A DNA stretch of 64,000 nt from an uncultured Methanomassiliicoccales archaeon (GCA_964580935.1 CAZOLG010000002.1:259627-323626); one strand, 5' to 3'. Shown: positions 46,617 to 56,604, counted from the stretch's first letter. Numbers and translations: made by a program. The notes: generated by a model not told the origin, from the letters alone.

Positions 46617-47600
46617 ATGATATCTCTGGGGATTGAAGGGACCGCCCACACGGTCGGCGTGGGTCTCATGGATGGAAAAGGAAGGGTTCTATCCAATAGT
46701 ATGAAGATGTACAGAGCGGAAGGAGGGGGTATACACCCCAGAGAGGCGGCCAATCATCACGCCGAAGAGATCGTCCCTCTGATCAGAGATTCAGTCCTAG
46801 AGGCGGGCGTTAAACTGAGCGATATAGACCTGGTAGCCTTTTCTCAGGGCCCGGGTCTGGGACCCTGCCTGAGGACTGTGGCAACAGCGGCCAGAGCACT
46901 GGCCCTTTCCCTCGATGTGCCTATAATGGGGGTCAATCACTGCATAGCCCATCTGGAGATAGGGGTGGCCACCACCGGTGCTACCGATGCCGTCCTGCTC
47001 TACGCTTCCGGGGGCAATACTCAAGTAATAGCTTTCGCCAACGGCCGATACCGTATCTTCGGAGAGACGCTGGACATAGGAATTGGCAACATGCTGGATA
47101 AACTGGGTAGAGAGCTAGGTCTGGACTACTACGCAGGGCCCAAGATAGAGAAGCTGGCACTGGAGGGTGAGAAGCTGCTTGATCTCCCCTACTCAGTCAA
47201 AGGGATGGACATGGCATTTTCTGGGATATTGACTGCGGCTCTGCAGCACTACCACAACGGCGAGAGCGTGGAGGACATATGCTTTTCCGTCCAGGAGACA
47301 TGCTATTCTATGCTCACCGAGGTCACTGAGAGGGCTATGGCCCATACGGAGAAGGAGGAGGTTCTTCTAGGGGGTGGAGTGGTGCAGAACCGACGGCTGA
47401 GAGGGATGGTGTCCAAGATGTCCGGAGAGAGGGGGGCCGAGATGTTCGTACCTGAGCCCGAATTCTGTGTGGACAACGGAGCGATGATCGCCTGGACTGG
47501 TCTCCTGATGCACCGGGCAGGCATTACAATGGATATTATGGACACGAGAATTGACCAGAGGTTCAGAACCGATCAGGTTGAAGTCATCTGGCGTTCTTAG
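46617..47600 (+). CDS. kae1: tRNA N6-adenosine threonylcarbamoyltransferase Kae1 (standalone)
   Basis: LGIEGTAHT, GIHPREAA.HH, QGPGLGPCL, NHCIAH, SGGNTQ, GETLD, DNGAMIA. Confidence 0.96.
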   Translation: MISLGIEGTAHTVGVGLMDGKGRVLSNSMKMYRAEGGGIHPREAANHHAEEIVPLIRDSVLEAGVKLSDIDLVAFSQGPGLGPCLRTVATAARALALSLDVPIMGVNHCIAHLEIGVATTGATDAVLLYASGGNTQVIAFANGRYRIFGETLDIGIGNMLDKLGRELGLDYYAGPKIEKLALEGEKLLDLPYSVKGMDMAFSGILTAALQHYHNGESVEDICFSVQETCYSMLTEVTERAMAHTEKEEVLLGGGVVQNRRLRGMVSKMSGERGAEMFVPEPEFCVDNGAMIAWTGLLMHRAGITMDIMDTRIDQRFRTDQVEVIWRS

Positions 47601-48948
47601 TCTCTTTCTGCCTTCCTACTATCCTGTTCACTGACTGCAGGAATTCTTCCTCCTTGTCCTCGGGGATAGTAGCCCCACTGGCTATTGAGTGTCCTCCCCC
47701 AGAACCGCCCACCGCATCGGCCCCATCCCGCATGGCCTCCGTAAGGTCGATACCCATATCCAACAGTTCGAAGGTGGCTCTGGAGGACACTTTGATATTG
47801 GGAGGTCTCTCGGACAGTGCGAGTGTCGGTTTGCTCTGATCGGCCATATATTGCATAGATATGCCACACACCACACCTGCCAGTCCCGGCTCCTCGTTGT
47901 GGAAGTACTGGATGTGCTCCATGGAGTCCAGCTCCCCTTCCACATTTCCCAATGCCTGAAGCACACTGCCTATGTACTGCTCTCTCAGGCTTTCGGCCCT
48001 CTTCTCTGCCTCCCTATCTCCCATAGCCAGGGCCACTCCCAACCCCTCCTGGTCCAGCCTACCACAGGCGTTCATCAACGATGCCATATCGGAAGCCGAC
48101 CTGCCCAATGAGGGAAAGTAATAGTGATCCCGGGTGATTTCCTCGAACGTGCGTGCAGTGCAACCCTGTTTGAGTAATTCCAGAGCAATTAGAGAGGAGA
48201 GCTTGCGGCGCTTCTCCTCATTCAGTTCATCCACGGTCCTGTCGGGAGGGACCCCTGCCTTCTCCAGCAGCTCCTCCGCTCCCCCCTTGTCTCCGTTGAC
48301 CCCCACGATGTATGGCTCTATGCGACTGATCAACCCTTGACCCAGTTTCCCATCTGGCAGCAGACTCCCCTTTCTCAAGGATACCAGCCCCTTCTGCTTC
48401 CCATTCTGGAACAAGTAGTCGTTGATACCCTCGAGCTCCCTGATATGCTGTCTGTCCCCGGCTATGCCCGCGAAGGCGATGGGTAACAGAGGCCAGTTGT
48501 CTTCGCTCATCTCCAAAGCGAACAACATGCATAGTGAGCTCGCGGAAGCGGCAGTCATGCCATCGATGCCCCAGAGATGGGGATTAATATGAACCAGTTC
48601 TTCAGAGTCACCGGGAGGCTTGTGATGGTCCAGAATGATGGTCTGCTCTGCTATGTTCTCCAGGGCGGTCAAATGGGCGCTGCCCATATCCGAGAAAATA
48701 ACGCACTGGTGGCTGCTATTGGCCACCCTGTCTATCATCTTGTCATCCAGGCTCTTGGTCAATGTGGCCTGGAACTGGATGTTCTCTCGCAACAGCGCAC
48801 TGCACAGTACTCCAGCAGACGAAATGCCGTCTGCGTCGTAGTGGGATATTATATTAACCTGAGAACACTCCCTAACCTTCCCCGCGGCTGTCCGGAGTCT
48901 GGACAGAAGTTCCGACGGAAGCTGTGCGGTATTCTCCATCCACCTCAC
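47584..48948 (-). CDS. DHH-family phosphoesterase (RecJ-like) with DHHA1 domain
   Basis: SHYDADG, SDMG, LDHH, NACGR, GGGH..ASG. Directly downstream of rps15. Confidence 0.9.
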   Translation of the reverse strand: MRWMENTAQLPSELLSRLRTAAGKVRECSQVNIISHYDADGISSAGVLCSALLRENIQFQATLTKSLDDKMIDRVANSSHQCVIFSDMGSAHLTALENIAEQTIILDHHKPPGDSEELVHINPHLWGIDGMTAASASSLCMLFALEMSEDNWPLLPIAFAGIAGDRQHIRELEGINDYLFQNGKQKGLVSLRKGSLLPDGKLGQGLISRIEPYIVGVNGDKGGAEELLEKAGVPPDRTVDELNEEKRRKLSSLIALELLKQGCTARTFEEITRDHYYFPSLGRSASDMASLMNACGRLDQEGLGVALAMGDREAEKRAESLREQYIGSVLQALGNVEGELDSMEHIQYFHNEEPGLAGVVCGISMQYMADQSKPTLALSERPPNIKVSSRATFELLDMGIDLTEAMRDGADAVGGSGGGHSIASGATIPEDKEEEFLQSVNRIVGRQKETKNAR

Positions 48949-49400
48949 TCAATTTGCAGTTCTGCCGTCTTCAGTGAATATTTCCAATCCTGAGGCAGGA
49001 CTTCTTCCTCTTTGTAATAATCCACCAGCCTTCGAATCTTCGACTCCACCAGCTGAAGGCCTCTCCTGTTGCTGTTATCTTTTGGATTCTCTTTGAGGTG
49101 CTCATTGAGATTGATAGCCTTCTTCATCAGATTGGCTAGATCCTCCGGTATCTTGGGTTCAAACCCGTTCTCCTCCATCACTTCAGTGATCTTCTTACCC
49201 AGGGCCAGCTTGACCGAAGGTACGGCGTACTGATCTCTGAGGATCACCCCAATCTTCGCTGAATTCAGACCTTCATTAGCGAGTTTGACAATCAATTCCT
49301 CTATCTCTTCCTCTTCCACAGGCACCCAATCAGGGTTCTCTGTGACTAGGGGTCGGCGTGATCCTGAGCTGCCTCTTTTCCTGGCGTGCATACGAGCCAT
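48945..49400 (-). CDS. rps15: 30S ribosomal protein uS15 (S15/S13e)
   Basis: MARMHARKRGSSGS, IG.ILRDQY, PEDL, ESKIRRL..YYK. Confidence 0.97.
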   Translation of the reverse strand: MARMHARKRGSSGSRRPLVTENPDWVPVEEEEIEELIVKLANEGLNSAKIGVILRDQYAVPSVKLALGKKITEVMEENGFEPKIPEDLANLMKKAINLNEHLKENPKDNSNRRGLQLVESKIRRLVDYYKEEEVLPQDWKYSLKTAELQIE

Positions 49401-49472
49401 ATTTATCCTCCATTTAAGAAATGTGAACCGAATAAGCACCAGCCAATTAGACTACTAGTATATAAGTCTTAG

Positions 49473-49838
49473 TTACTGCTCCAATCCCTCATTTCCACCC
49501 CTTAAGGCCTTCCTGGCCCAATCCAGAGAGCCCTCGTACTCCTCCCTTGAAAAGGCCAAGTGATCCGGCAGCGAAATGAACAGTCCCCATCTCATCTCCC
49601 CCTGCATGGACAGGTCTTTAGGGAGTCGACCCACGAAAACCGATCCTTCCCCTAACTCCCTGCTATCCACGGGGGAAAAACTGAGTCCCGTCTCCTCCTT
49701 CACCTCCCTTTTCACCGCCTCCAGTGGAGTCTCTCCTCTTCTGACGCTCCCTCCAGGCATCTCCCACCCACCTCTTCTTGTGTTATACACCATCAAGAAT
49801 TTCCTGTTCCTCAGAAGAACGGCATACACAAACCTCAT
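49473..49838 (-). CDS. NUDIX hydrolase
   Basis: Nudix box GGSVRRGETPLEAVKREVKEETG. Confidence 0.9.
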   Translation of the reverse strand: MRFVYAVLLRNRKFLMVYNTRRGGWEMPGGSVRRGETPLEAVKREVKEETGLSFSPVDSRELGEGSVFVGRLPKDLSMQGEMRWGLFISLPDHLAFSREEYEGSLDWARKALRGGNEGLEQ

Positions 49839-50506
49839 TCATGCCCCACCACGAACATCGCATGATCCTTGGTGTACGGATCCAGTTCCAGCATTTCTTG
49901 GATCATAAAACCCCGTTCCACCAGCTCTCGTTTCTTCTCTCTATACATCTCTCTAGGGTCTCTAGACACATCCTCCGACCTCGACTTAAGGCATAAGAAG
50001 CCCCAGGAGGCGGAGAACTTCTTCATATTCTTGGAGAAGATGGCCACCTGGTCTCTCTGGGCAATGTCCTGATATACGGTGTCCACTTCCTCCACACCGA
50101 ACCCATAGGAAGAAGGTTGCAGGGCATTGGCCAGGAGAGGAAACATATTGCGACGAGCTTCACAGACCTGTACCAGATCTCTGAATGTTCTTGGGGAGAA
50201 TTCTACACAGTAGACGGCCCCCCCGGTGACGATATCAGATATATGACTGGAGGTGGTACCACTGGCCGCGCCGAGGTATAGCACGTTGGTGTCAGTTTCA
50301 ATGGGGAAGACGCGGCCTCCCAGTTTTAGATAGGCCGCAAGTTTCGACCTCTGGGGGCGCCACTCCCTAAACTCTGTGCCTTCCTCGTGAACCAGTCTCT
50401 CTCCGTAGACCCTGCTACCAGGAACAAGATTGATGGTGAACAGGCGGTCACCATCGGTAAACACCCCTTCTCTAATCTCTGATATGTCATCGGAGCGTTT
50501 TGACAT
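49835..50506 (-). CDS. flpA: Fibrillarin-like rRNA/tRNA 2'-O-methyltransferase
   Basis: VYGE, REW.P.RSKL, LYLGAASGTT.SH, YQDIAQ.DQ, KSRS.D, L.PY.KDH. Confidence 0.96.
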   Translation of the reverse strand: MSKRSDDISEIREGVFTDGDRLFTINLVPGSRVYGERLVHEEGTEFREWRPQRSKLAAYLKLGGRVFPIETDTNVLYLGAASGTTSSHISDIVTGGAVYCVEFSPRTFRDLVQVCEARRNMFPLLANALQPSSYGFGVEEVDTVYQDIAQRDQVAIFSKNMKKFSASWGFLCLKSRSEDVSRDPREMYREKKRELVERGFMIQEMLELDPYTKDHAMFVVGHE

Positions 50507-50561
50507 AGTTACAAGAAGGACATGAATAACTTATTAATGATGGTGGCCCAATTCAGGCGCA

Positions 50562-51023
50562 GTGACCAATACTGATTCCGGAGAAGGGGAGAAGATCGAA
50601 GAACTCTCCCACAGGATCGAGCAGCTGGAGGAGGCGCTGAGGGATGTGGCCAGACCTTACTCCGAACTCACTGATCAGATAGTGAGGTTTCAGGAGATTG
50701 TAGAGAAGTACTTCAAGCTGATGGACCTCTATCAAAAGCACGGCTCGATCTCCGTGGATACAGTGCTTCCTCAGGTCAAAGATAGGATCTCCAAGGAGAT
50801 CATGAAGATCCTATTGGACAAATCAAAACTGAACATTTCCGAAGTGACCCGGGAGTTGAGGGCCAGGACGGGAAGTGCTTCCCGGAGGATAGTCAGGGAC
50901 CGATTATCCGATCTGGTGGATAAGGGACTCCTGGTAGAGAACGTTGGAAATAGGTCCAAGACCTATGAGATCTCGGAGTCAGTGATCAAGAAGTGGTCAC
51001 AAGTGCTCGGTTTATCCAAGTAG
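50562..51023 (+). CDS. Coiled-coil plus winged-helix protein (putative regulator)
   Basis: N-terminal heptads (IEELSHRIEQLEEAL). C-terminal LNISEVTREL...ASRRIVRDRL..L.DKG wHTH. Confidence 0.7.
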   Translation: MTNTDSGEGEKIEELSHRIEQLEEALRDVARPYSELTDQIVRFQEIVEKYFKLMDLYQKHGSISVDTVLPQVKDRISKEIMKILLDKSKLNISEVTRELRARTGSASRRIVRDRLSDLVDKGLLVENVGNRSKTYEISESVIKKWSQVLGLSK

Positions 51024-51148
51024 AGTGATCAAACAATGCTCTATACATGATACTGAGGAAGAGGTCAGAGGAAAAGGAAGAGAGGAAGACAAACCAGATG
51101 AAAGCGCAGATATACACGGGCACAATGATAAGGTAAGGAGGTATCGAA

Positions 51149-51496
51149 ATGGCAGAAGACAAGAAAGATGTGAAAGAACTGAAAGAGGTCATGAGTGTGC
51201 TCTCCGAGACTGTTCCAGGGCTCCTGGAGAGTATAACAAACGTGATGTACAAATCACAGGAAGGGGAGAAGATGGGGGAAGCTGTGGGTTCATTCTATTC
51301 TGCTCTGGTCAAGAGCGGCATGGACAGCGATCAGGCTTTCCAGCTCACCAAGGAGTATATGTCCTCCATGAGCCTCGGCGGACTGATCAAAGGGATCACT
51401 GGTCAGAAGGGGGGGCAGGATGACATTGGGAACGCGATAAAGGATAAGATCAAGAGAGAGATGGAGAAAGAGTTCGAAGAAGAGTTCGACGACTAG
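51149..51496 (+). CDS. Hypothetical acidic helical protein (paralogue of 51501..51755)
   Basis: Strong SD AAGGAGGT before the ATG. Core motif FY..L..SG....QA..LT.EY.S. Confidence 0.75.
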   Translation: MAEDKKDVKELKEVMSVLSETVPGLLESITNVMYKSQEGEKMGEAVGSFYSALVKSGMDSDQAFQLTKEYMSSMSLGGLIKGITGQKGGQDDIGNAIKDKIKREMEKEFEEEFDD

Positions 51497-51500
51497 AGAT

Positions 51501-51755
51501 ATGACTGAAGAATCGGACAGAGAGTACTTGATCTACATCGCAGCCCAGATGCCGTTACTTATCATCAAGTTATCTCTGACTTACCTGCGTATGAAAAGAC
51601 GGGGCAAGAAGGCGGGAAAGGAATTCCAGGCCTCTCTGTTAAGACAGGGGGTACCATCCGCTCAGGCCAGGGCACTGACCGATGAGTACACTTCGATGGT
51701 CAGTGTGAGCAAGTTGGTCAAAGAGACGACCGACATGGACCTGCCCTTCCTTTGA
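51501..51755 (+). CDS. Hypothetical protein with a basic patch (paralogue of 51149..51496)
   Basis: Starts 4 nt after the previous stop. Core motif F...L..QG....QA..LT.EY.S. Confidence 0.7.
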   Translation: MTEESDREYLIYIAAQMPLLIIKLSLTYLRMKRRGKKAGKEFQASLLRQGVPSAQARALTDEYTSMVSVSKLVKETTDMDLPFL

Positions 51756-52025
51756 GTCCACCTCATATTTTCTATCCACTTTTCCCATTACTTAATGATA
51801 ATCCGATTAGCTGTTTTCGGGGCCTACTATTCCCTCACCTTCCCTAAGATCGAGAAGACAGTCGGCTTTTTCAGCTTCGGGGCTAGGGCCAGAGCCGACG
51901 ACCACGTCTACGAATCGTGTGCCTCTTTGGCAGAGCTCAATACCCATCGGTGTGGACCATCATGGAGTAATAATCGGCCAATGATGCAGAAAATAATTAA
52001 TCCACTCTCTCTCATATGAGCGACG

Positions 52026-52799
52026 ATGAAGAAGGAACTCGAGCACATAGCCTCTGAGGTCAGCCGAGCTGTCTCTGAACTCCCGATTGGGTTCGAGAGG
52101 GGTCTGGAGCTGACAGAGGGGGCCGACGGCACGCCCACCACCAACATCGATAAGCTGGCAGAGGACATGATCCTGGAGCATGTGGAGAACGCGAACCTCA
52201 AACTGAATGTCCTGAGCGAAGAGGCGGGGTATGTGGACAGGGGCTTTGAGAGGACTCTGGTCATCGATCCGATTGACGGAACCAACAACGCCATCCTTGG
52301 TATTCCGTTCTTCTCCGTCTCCCTGGCCATTGGCAGAGACTCTCTGAGAACTGTGGAAATGGGCCTGGTGAGAAACCTGGTCAGTGGTGATACCTATTAC
52401 GCAAGAAGAGGGGAAGGAGCTTCTGTAAATGGTAATCCCATACATACGAAGCCCTACCGTCCGGAGAGTTCTGTTTTCCTGGTCTATATGGGCAAGTATG
52501 CGCATGAGGACACCTTCCAGGTCGCTCTGAAAGCGGAGAGGACCAGGTCTATCGGTTGTGCCTCCCTGGAGATGTCCATGGTGGCCGAAGGGATAGCAGA
52601 TATTTACTATATGAACTGCGCTGAGTTCGAGAAATCGATCCGGGTGGTTGATATCGCGGCCAGCTCGCTCATACTGAGAGAGGCTGGTGGTGAACTCCTG
52701 GCGCTCAATGGAGAGAGCCTAGACATGCCATTCAATCTCAATATTAGGAGGAACTTCGTGGCTGTGGGAGACCCCGAAGTATGTGAGGAGATCTTATGA
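52026..52799 (+). CDS. Inositol monophosphatase/FBPase-family phosphatase (possible NADP(H) phosphatase)
   Basis: GADGTPT..ID, SEE, IDPIDGT.N, DIAA...I.REAGG. Confidence 0.9.
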   Translation: MKKELEHIASEVSRAVSELPIGFERGLELTEGADGTPTTNIDKLAEDMILEHVENANLKLNVLSEEAGYVDRGFERTLVIDPIDGTNNAILGIPFFSVSLAIGRDSLRTVEMGLVRNLVSGDTYYARRGEGASVNGNPIHTKPYRPESSVFLVYMGKYAHEDTFQVALKAERTRSIGCASLEMSMVAEGIADIYYMNCAEFEKSIRVVDIAASSLILREAGGELLALNGESLDMPFNLNIRRNFVAVGDPEVCEEIL

Positions 52800-53602
52800 A
52801 ATTCGGAATTACGGCTAACGTCGACGTTCCTGATGCTGTGGAGATAAGCGAAGAAGTCATGGAATACCTTGAAGGAGAAGAGGTGGTAATGGAAGACATG
52901 GTAGCCCCTTCTTTCGGTCACGAAGGTGTCAACATCGAAGAGATGGAGGTGGACGTGCTGATCACGGTGGGTGGCGACGGTACAATCCTCCGGGCCCTGC
53001 AGAAGAACGAGGCTCCGGTCCTGGGCATCAACGCTGGCGTTTTGGGCTTCCTAACCGAGATACCGAAGGACGGGATAGAAGAGGGCATCGATAGAGTGTT
53101 GGGGGGCGACTATCGGATACTGGAACGCCTTCGCCTGAAGACCACCCTGGAAGGGAAGCGGTACCCAGATGCCCTGAATGAGGCGGTGGTGCACACTGCT
53201 CATGTGGCCAAGATCAGGCACTTCAGAGTGTACGTGGACGACGAACTGGCTTTTGACGTGAGGGCCGACGGGGTGATCGTGGCCACACCCACCGGCTCCA
53301 CCTGCTACGCAATGAGCGTGGGGGCCCCGATCGTAGACCCCAGAGTGAAAGGGCTAGTCATTGCCCCCATGGCCCCCTTCAAATTCGCTGCCCGACCGTT
53401 CGTGGTACCCTCGACCAGTCACATACGCCTCGAACTGCTCAGAAGTCGACCTTGCGTGCTGGTAACTGACGGTCAGGACGAGTACCCTGTGGAGGGTAAT
53501 CAGACCATCGAATTTACCAAGTCGAACAACCCGGCTAAATTCGTGATGCTGAACGGGAGTTTCTATTCCAAGATGAGAAAGAAGTTGATGGGGTCTGAAT
53601 GA
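52796..53602 (+). CDS. nadK: NAD(+) kinase
   Basis: GGDGT, GIN.G.LGFL, LNE, DGVIVATPTGSTCY. Confidence 0.95.
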   Translation: MKFGITANVDVPDAVEISEEVMEYLEGEEVVMEDMVAPSFGHEGVNIEEMEVDVLITVGGDGTILRALQKNEAPVLGINAGVLGFLTEIPKDGIEEGIDRVLGGDYRILERLRLKTTLEGKRYPDALNEAVVHTAHVAKIRHFRVYVDDELAFDVRADGVIVATPTGSTCYAMSVGAPIVDPRVKGLVIAPMAPFKFAARPFVVPSTSHIRLELLRSRPCVLVTDGQDEYPVEGNQTIEFTKSNNPAKFVMLNGSFYSKMRKKLMGSE

Positions 53603-53982
53603 CCGCCAAAAAGAGGAAAATCTGGGGGATTGACAGAGACATCATCACCATGGCCAATGAGTCGGCTAGGGATACTTTTCCAAGGGAGTTCGTGGCGGCA
53701 CTCAGAGCGGAGAAGGGGGTCATAACCGAGGTGCTCCTGCTGCCGGGCACACTGCAGGGCGAACGATTTGGATCACTGAGACTCAATATGTTACCCATCG
53801 ATCTCAGCGTGGTGGGTACCATACATTCTCACCCCTCTCACTCCAACAGACCTTCCAAGGCGGACATCTCCCTATTTGGAAGGTTTGGAAACACTCACAT
53901 CATCACCTGTCTCCCCTTCGACATGAATTCATGGCGGGCCTATGATTACTACGGGAGAGAGGTAGATCTCGAAATTATCTAG
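53599..53982 (+). CDS. JAMM/MPN+ (Mov34) metalloprotease
   Basis: P.EF...L and HSHPS...PS.AD. Confidence 0.9.
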   Translation: MTAKKRKIWGIDRDIITMANESARDTFPREFVAALRAEKGVITEVLLLPGTLQGERFGSLRLNMLPIDLSVVGTIHSHPSHSNRPSKADISLFGRFGNTHIITCLPFDMNSWRAYDYYGREVDLEII

Positions 53983-55208
53983 AACAACCAGCTGTTGGGA
54001 CCGATGGTGCCCCTCACCACCGCCCCTGGACCTATCCTAGCACCTCCACCGATGATTGTACCCACATCGATGGTGGCGTTGATGCCGGTCTTGACTCCAT
54101 CCCCCATAATCACCCCCAGCTTCCTGCGACCGGTGTCCACCGCGGCTCCCTGGTGAGTGACCCTGACCGGATTGTCATCGAACCTCAGGTTGGCGATCTT
54201 GGTGCCGCTGCCCAGATTGCATCTTTCCCCGATCACGCTATCGCCCAAGTATGTATGGTGAGGTATTTTCGTATCTGACATGACCAACGAGTTCTTGATT
54301 TCTACCGCGTTGCCCACCCTGCAACCAGGGCCCAGGGTGGTCGAGGGGCGAATGTAGCAGTTGGGGCCGATGTCACAACCCTTTGAAATATGTACTGGTC
54401 CCTCTAGGTAACTCCCGCTTCTTATCCTGGCCCCTTTCTCCACCACGATGTTACCATGGATGACCGCGCCCCCTTCAACCTCACCCTCTCTTGAATCTTC
54501 GATGTTGGATAACAGGAGCCTGTTTGCCTCCAGCAAGTCCCAGGGCATTGCCACATCCATCCACTCATCCTTCAACCTGTAGACGGCAATCCTGTTCTCT
54601 TGTGCCACCATGTTCAGTGTATCCGTTATCTCGTACTCTCCCCGTGCGGAAACTTTTGTATCATCTATAGCGTCAAATATTCCAGGAGTCAGCACCATGA
54701 TCCCAGCATTGATCAGGTTGCCGGAAGCCACCCCTGGCTTTTCAACGATCCTCTCCATTGCGCCGTTTTCGGTCTCGATGACCCCAAATCTTCGAGGGTC
54801 GTCGACTTCCACACCGCCTATGGCCGTCCCGTCCTGCTCCCTGGATAGCTCTATGATTTTCTCAATATCTCTGGAGGAGAGTACGACGTCCCCATTAAGA
54901 CAGACGAATTGATCGTCGAAATAGTCTCTAGAGAGGCCTATGGCGTGAGCCGTGCCCAGCCTCTCCTTCTGTTCAAAGAAGGTGACCTCCAGTCCCTCCG
55001 CCCTCTCTTTGTCCGAGAAGTATTCCTTGATGCGTGTGCTCTTCCAGCCCACCACCAGTGCCACCTCCTCTATCCCCAGTCCAGAAAGGTTGGCGAAGAG
55101 GTGGGCGATCAGGGGTTTACCGGCCACGTACAGCATGGGCTTTGGAACGTTGGCGGTCAGCGGTCTTAATCTGGTCCCTTCTCCTGCAGCCAGGATTAAT
55201 GCTTTCAT
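53979..55208 (-). CDS. glmU: Bifunctional sugar-1-phosphate nucleotidyltransferase/acetyltransferase (archaeal GlmU)
   Basis: ILAAGEGTRLRPLT..PKPM, SARGEYEITD, C-terminal hexapeptide repeats, IANLRFD. Confidence 0.9.
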   Translation of the reverse strand: MKALILAAGEGTRLRPLTANVPKPMLYVAGKPLIAHLFANLSGLGIEEVALVVGWKSTRIKEYFSDKERAEGLEVTFFEQKERLGTAHAIGLSRDYFDDQFVCLNGDVVLSSRDIEKIIELSREQDGTAIGGVEVDDPRRFGVIETENGAMERIVEKPGVASGNLINAGIMVLTPGIFDAIDDTKVSARGEYEITDTLNMVAQENRIAVYRLKDEWMDVAMPWDLLEANRLLLSNIEDSREGEVEGGAVIHGNIVVEKGARIRSGSYLEGPVHISKGCDIGPNCYIRPSTTLGPGCRVGNAVEIKNSLVMSDTKIPHHTYLGDSVIGERCNLGSGTKIANLRFDDNPVRVTHQGAAVDTGRRKLGVIMGDGVKTGINATIDVGTIIGGGARIGPGAVVRGTIGPNSWLF

Positions 55209-56506
55209 TTCAAACAGCCCTTCACTATTGACTCTGATATACTATGTAACCTTCTGAGTTCGTCCTCGGACCTAGCTTCCGCCGTGAGCCTCACCTTGGG
55301 CTCTGTGCCAGAGAGCCTTATCAGAAACCATCCCTCTTCGAATTCCGCCCGGTACCCGTCCAGTGTGAGCATCTCATCACACTCCAACCCCTCCATATCT
55401 TCCTTCAGCCTTCTTTCCACATCTGCCCGGCTACCTCTCTCAAACGGATACGATTCCCTGATGACAGGGTACGAGGGGATGGTATCGATCATCTCAGATA
55501 GTGGCTCCCCCTCTGCCATCATAGCCAAGTAGGCTGCCGCATACACGCCATCGGGGCAAAGCGTCTGATGGGGGAATATGTAGGTACCTGAGGGTTCACC
55601 TCCGAATGCGAGGGATTTTTCCTTCACACACTGGGACACGTAGACATCGCCCACTCTGGTGCGTACCACCTCTCCTGCTGTAATCTCATCTAGTATCATC
55701 GATGAGTTGATGGGTGTTGCAATGCCCCCTTCTGCCCTGGAAGCGAAGAGGGCAAGGAGCCTGTCCCCCCCGACGAACCTGCCCCTATCGTCCACGGCCA
55801 CCATCCTGTCCCCGTCTCCATCATGAGCAATGCCCAGATCGGCTCCTCTGCTCACCACCAGCTCTTTGAGGTCCAAGAGGTTGCCTTCCGCCGGCTCAGA
55901 AGGGCGGGCGGGGAAGTGACCATCGGGATGAGCGTTCAAAGAGGACACACCCATCCCCATCCTCCTGAGCAACAGGGGTGTGATGTTGGAGGTCGCTCCG
56001 CAACCGCAATCCACGACCACTTCCAATTCAACCTGGCCCAGGTCCTCCATTATGGCCTCCATATGAGACTCTACGGCCCCACGATGCCTGGAGACCTCTC
56101 CCAGCCCCCTCCATTCCCTTCGGACGAATCTCTTTTCATCCAGGGCTCTCTCAATCCCGTTCATCTGACTGGGGCCGAAGGACGAGCCATCTGAGTTCCA
56201 CATCTTGAGACCATTGTATTCTGGAGGATTATGAGAAGCGGTGATCATCAATCCGCAATCGAAGTCTTCAGCCGCCCTGGCCAATGTGGGCGTGGAAACC
56301 ATTCCAGCGGTGCTGACATCGCCGCCGGATGAAACGAATCCCGATGCCAGAGCCAACATCAGCATATCGCCGCTCATCCTGGGGTCTCTGGCCATAATGG
56401 CGCGCCCGTAAGAAGAACCCAGCACCTGGCCGACTTCAGTGAACAGATCAGTGGTAATTTCCTCCCCCACCAGACCTCGAATCCCAGAGGAACCAAATAA
56501 GGACAT
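55205..56506 (-). CDS. glmM: Second phosphohexomutase (phosphoglucosamine mutase-like)
   Basis: FGSSGIRG, TASHNPPEYNG, DGDGDR, GEPSG, R.SGTEP. Overlaps glmU. Confidence 0.85.
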   Translation of the reverse strand: MSLFGSSGIRGLVGEEITTDLFTEVGQVLGSSYGRAIMARDPRMSGDMLMLALASGFVSSGGDVSTAGMVSTPTLARAAEDFDCGLMITASHNPPEYNGLKMWNSDGSSFGPSQMNGIERALDEKRFVRREWRGLGEVSRHRGAVESHMEAIMEDLGQVELEVVVDCGCGATSNITPLLLRRMGMGVSSLNAHPDGHFPARPSEPAEGNLLDLKELVVSRGADLGIAHDGDGDRMVAVDDRGRFVGGDRLLALFASRAEGGIATPINSSMILDEITAGEVVRTRVGDVYVSQCVKEKSLAFGGEPSGTYIFPHQTLCPDGVYAAAYLAMMAEGEPLSEMIDTIPSYPVIRESYPFERGSRADVERRLKEDMEGLECDEMLTLDGYRAEFEEGWFLIRLSGTEPKVRLTAEARSEDELRRLHSISESIVKGCLK

Positions 56507-56553
56507 ATTATTCAAGCCGAGCAGTAACTTGATTGAACACAAATAAAGCTTTT

Positions 56554-56604
56554 TCTAGAATTATTCTAGAGTGCTCTTTCGCCGTTCTTGAGGGCAGAAC
56601 GGCG
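56554..56604. promoter_or_regulatory. Two perfect inverted repeats in a divergent intergenic region
   Basis: TCTAGAAT-t-ATTCTAGA (56554-56570) and CGCCGTTCT-N7-AGAACGGCG (56580-56604). Confidence 0.5.
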
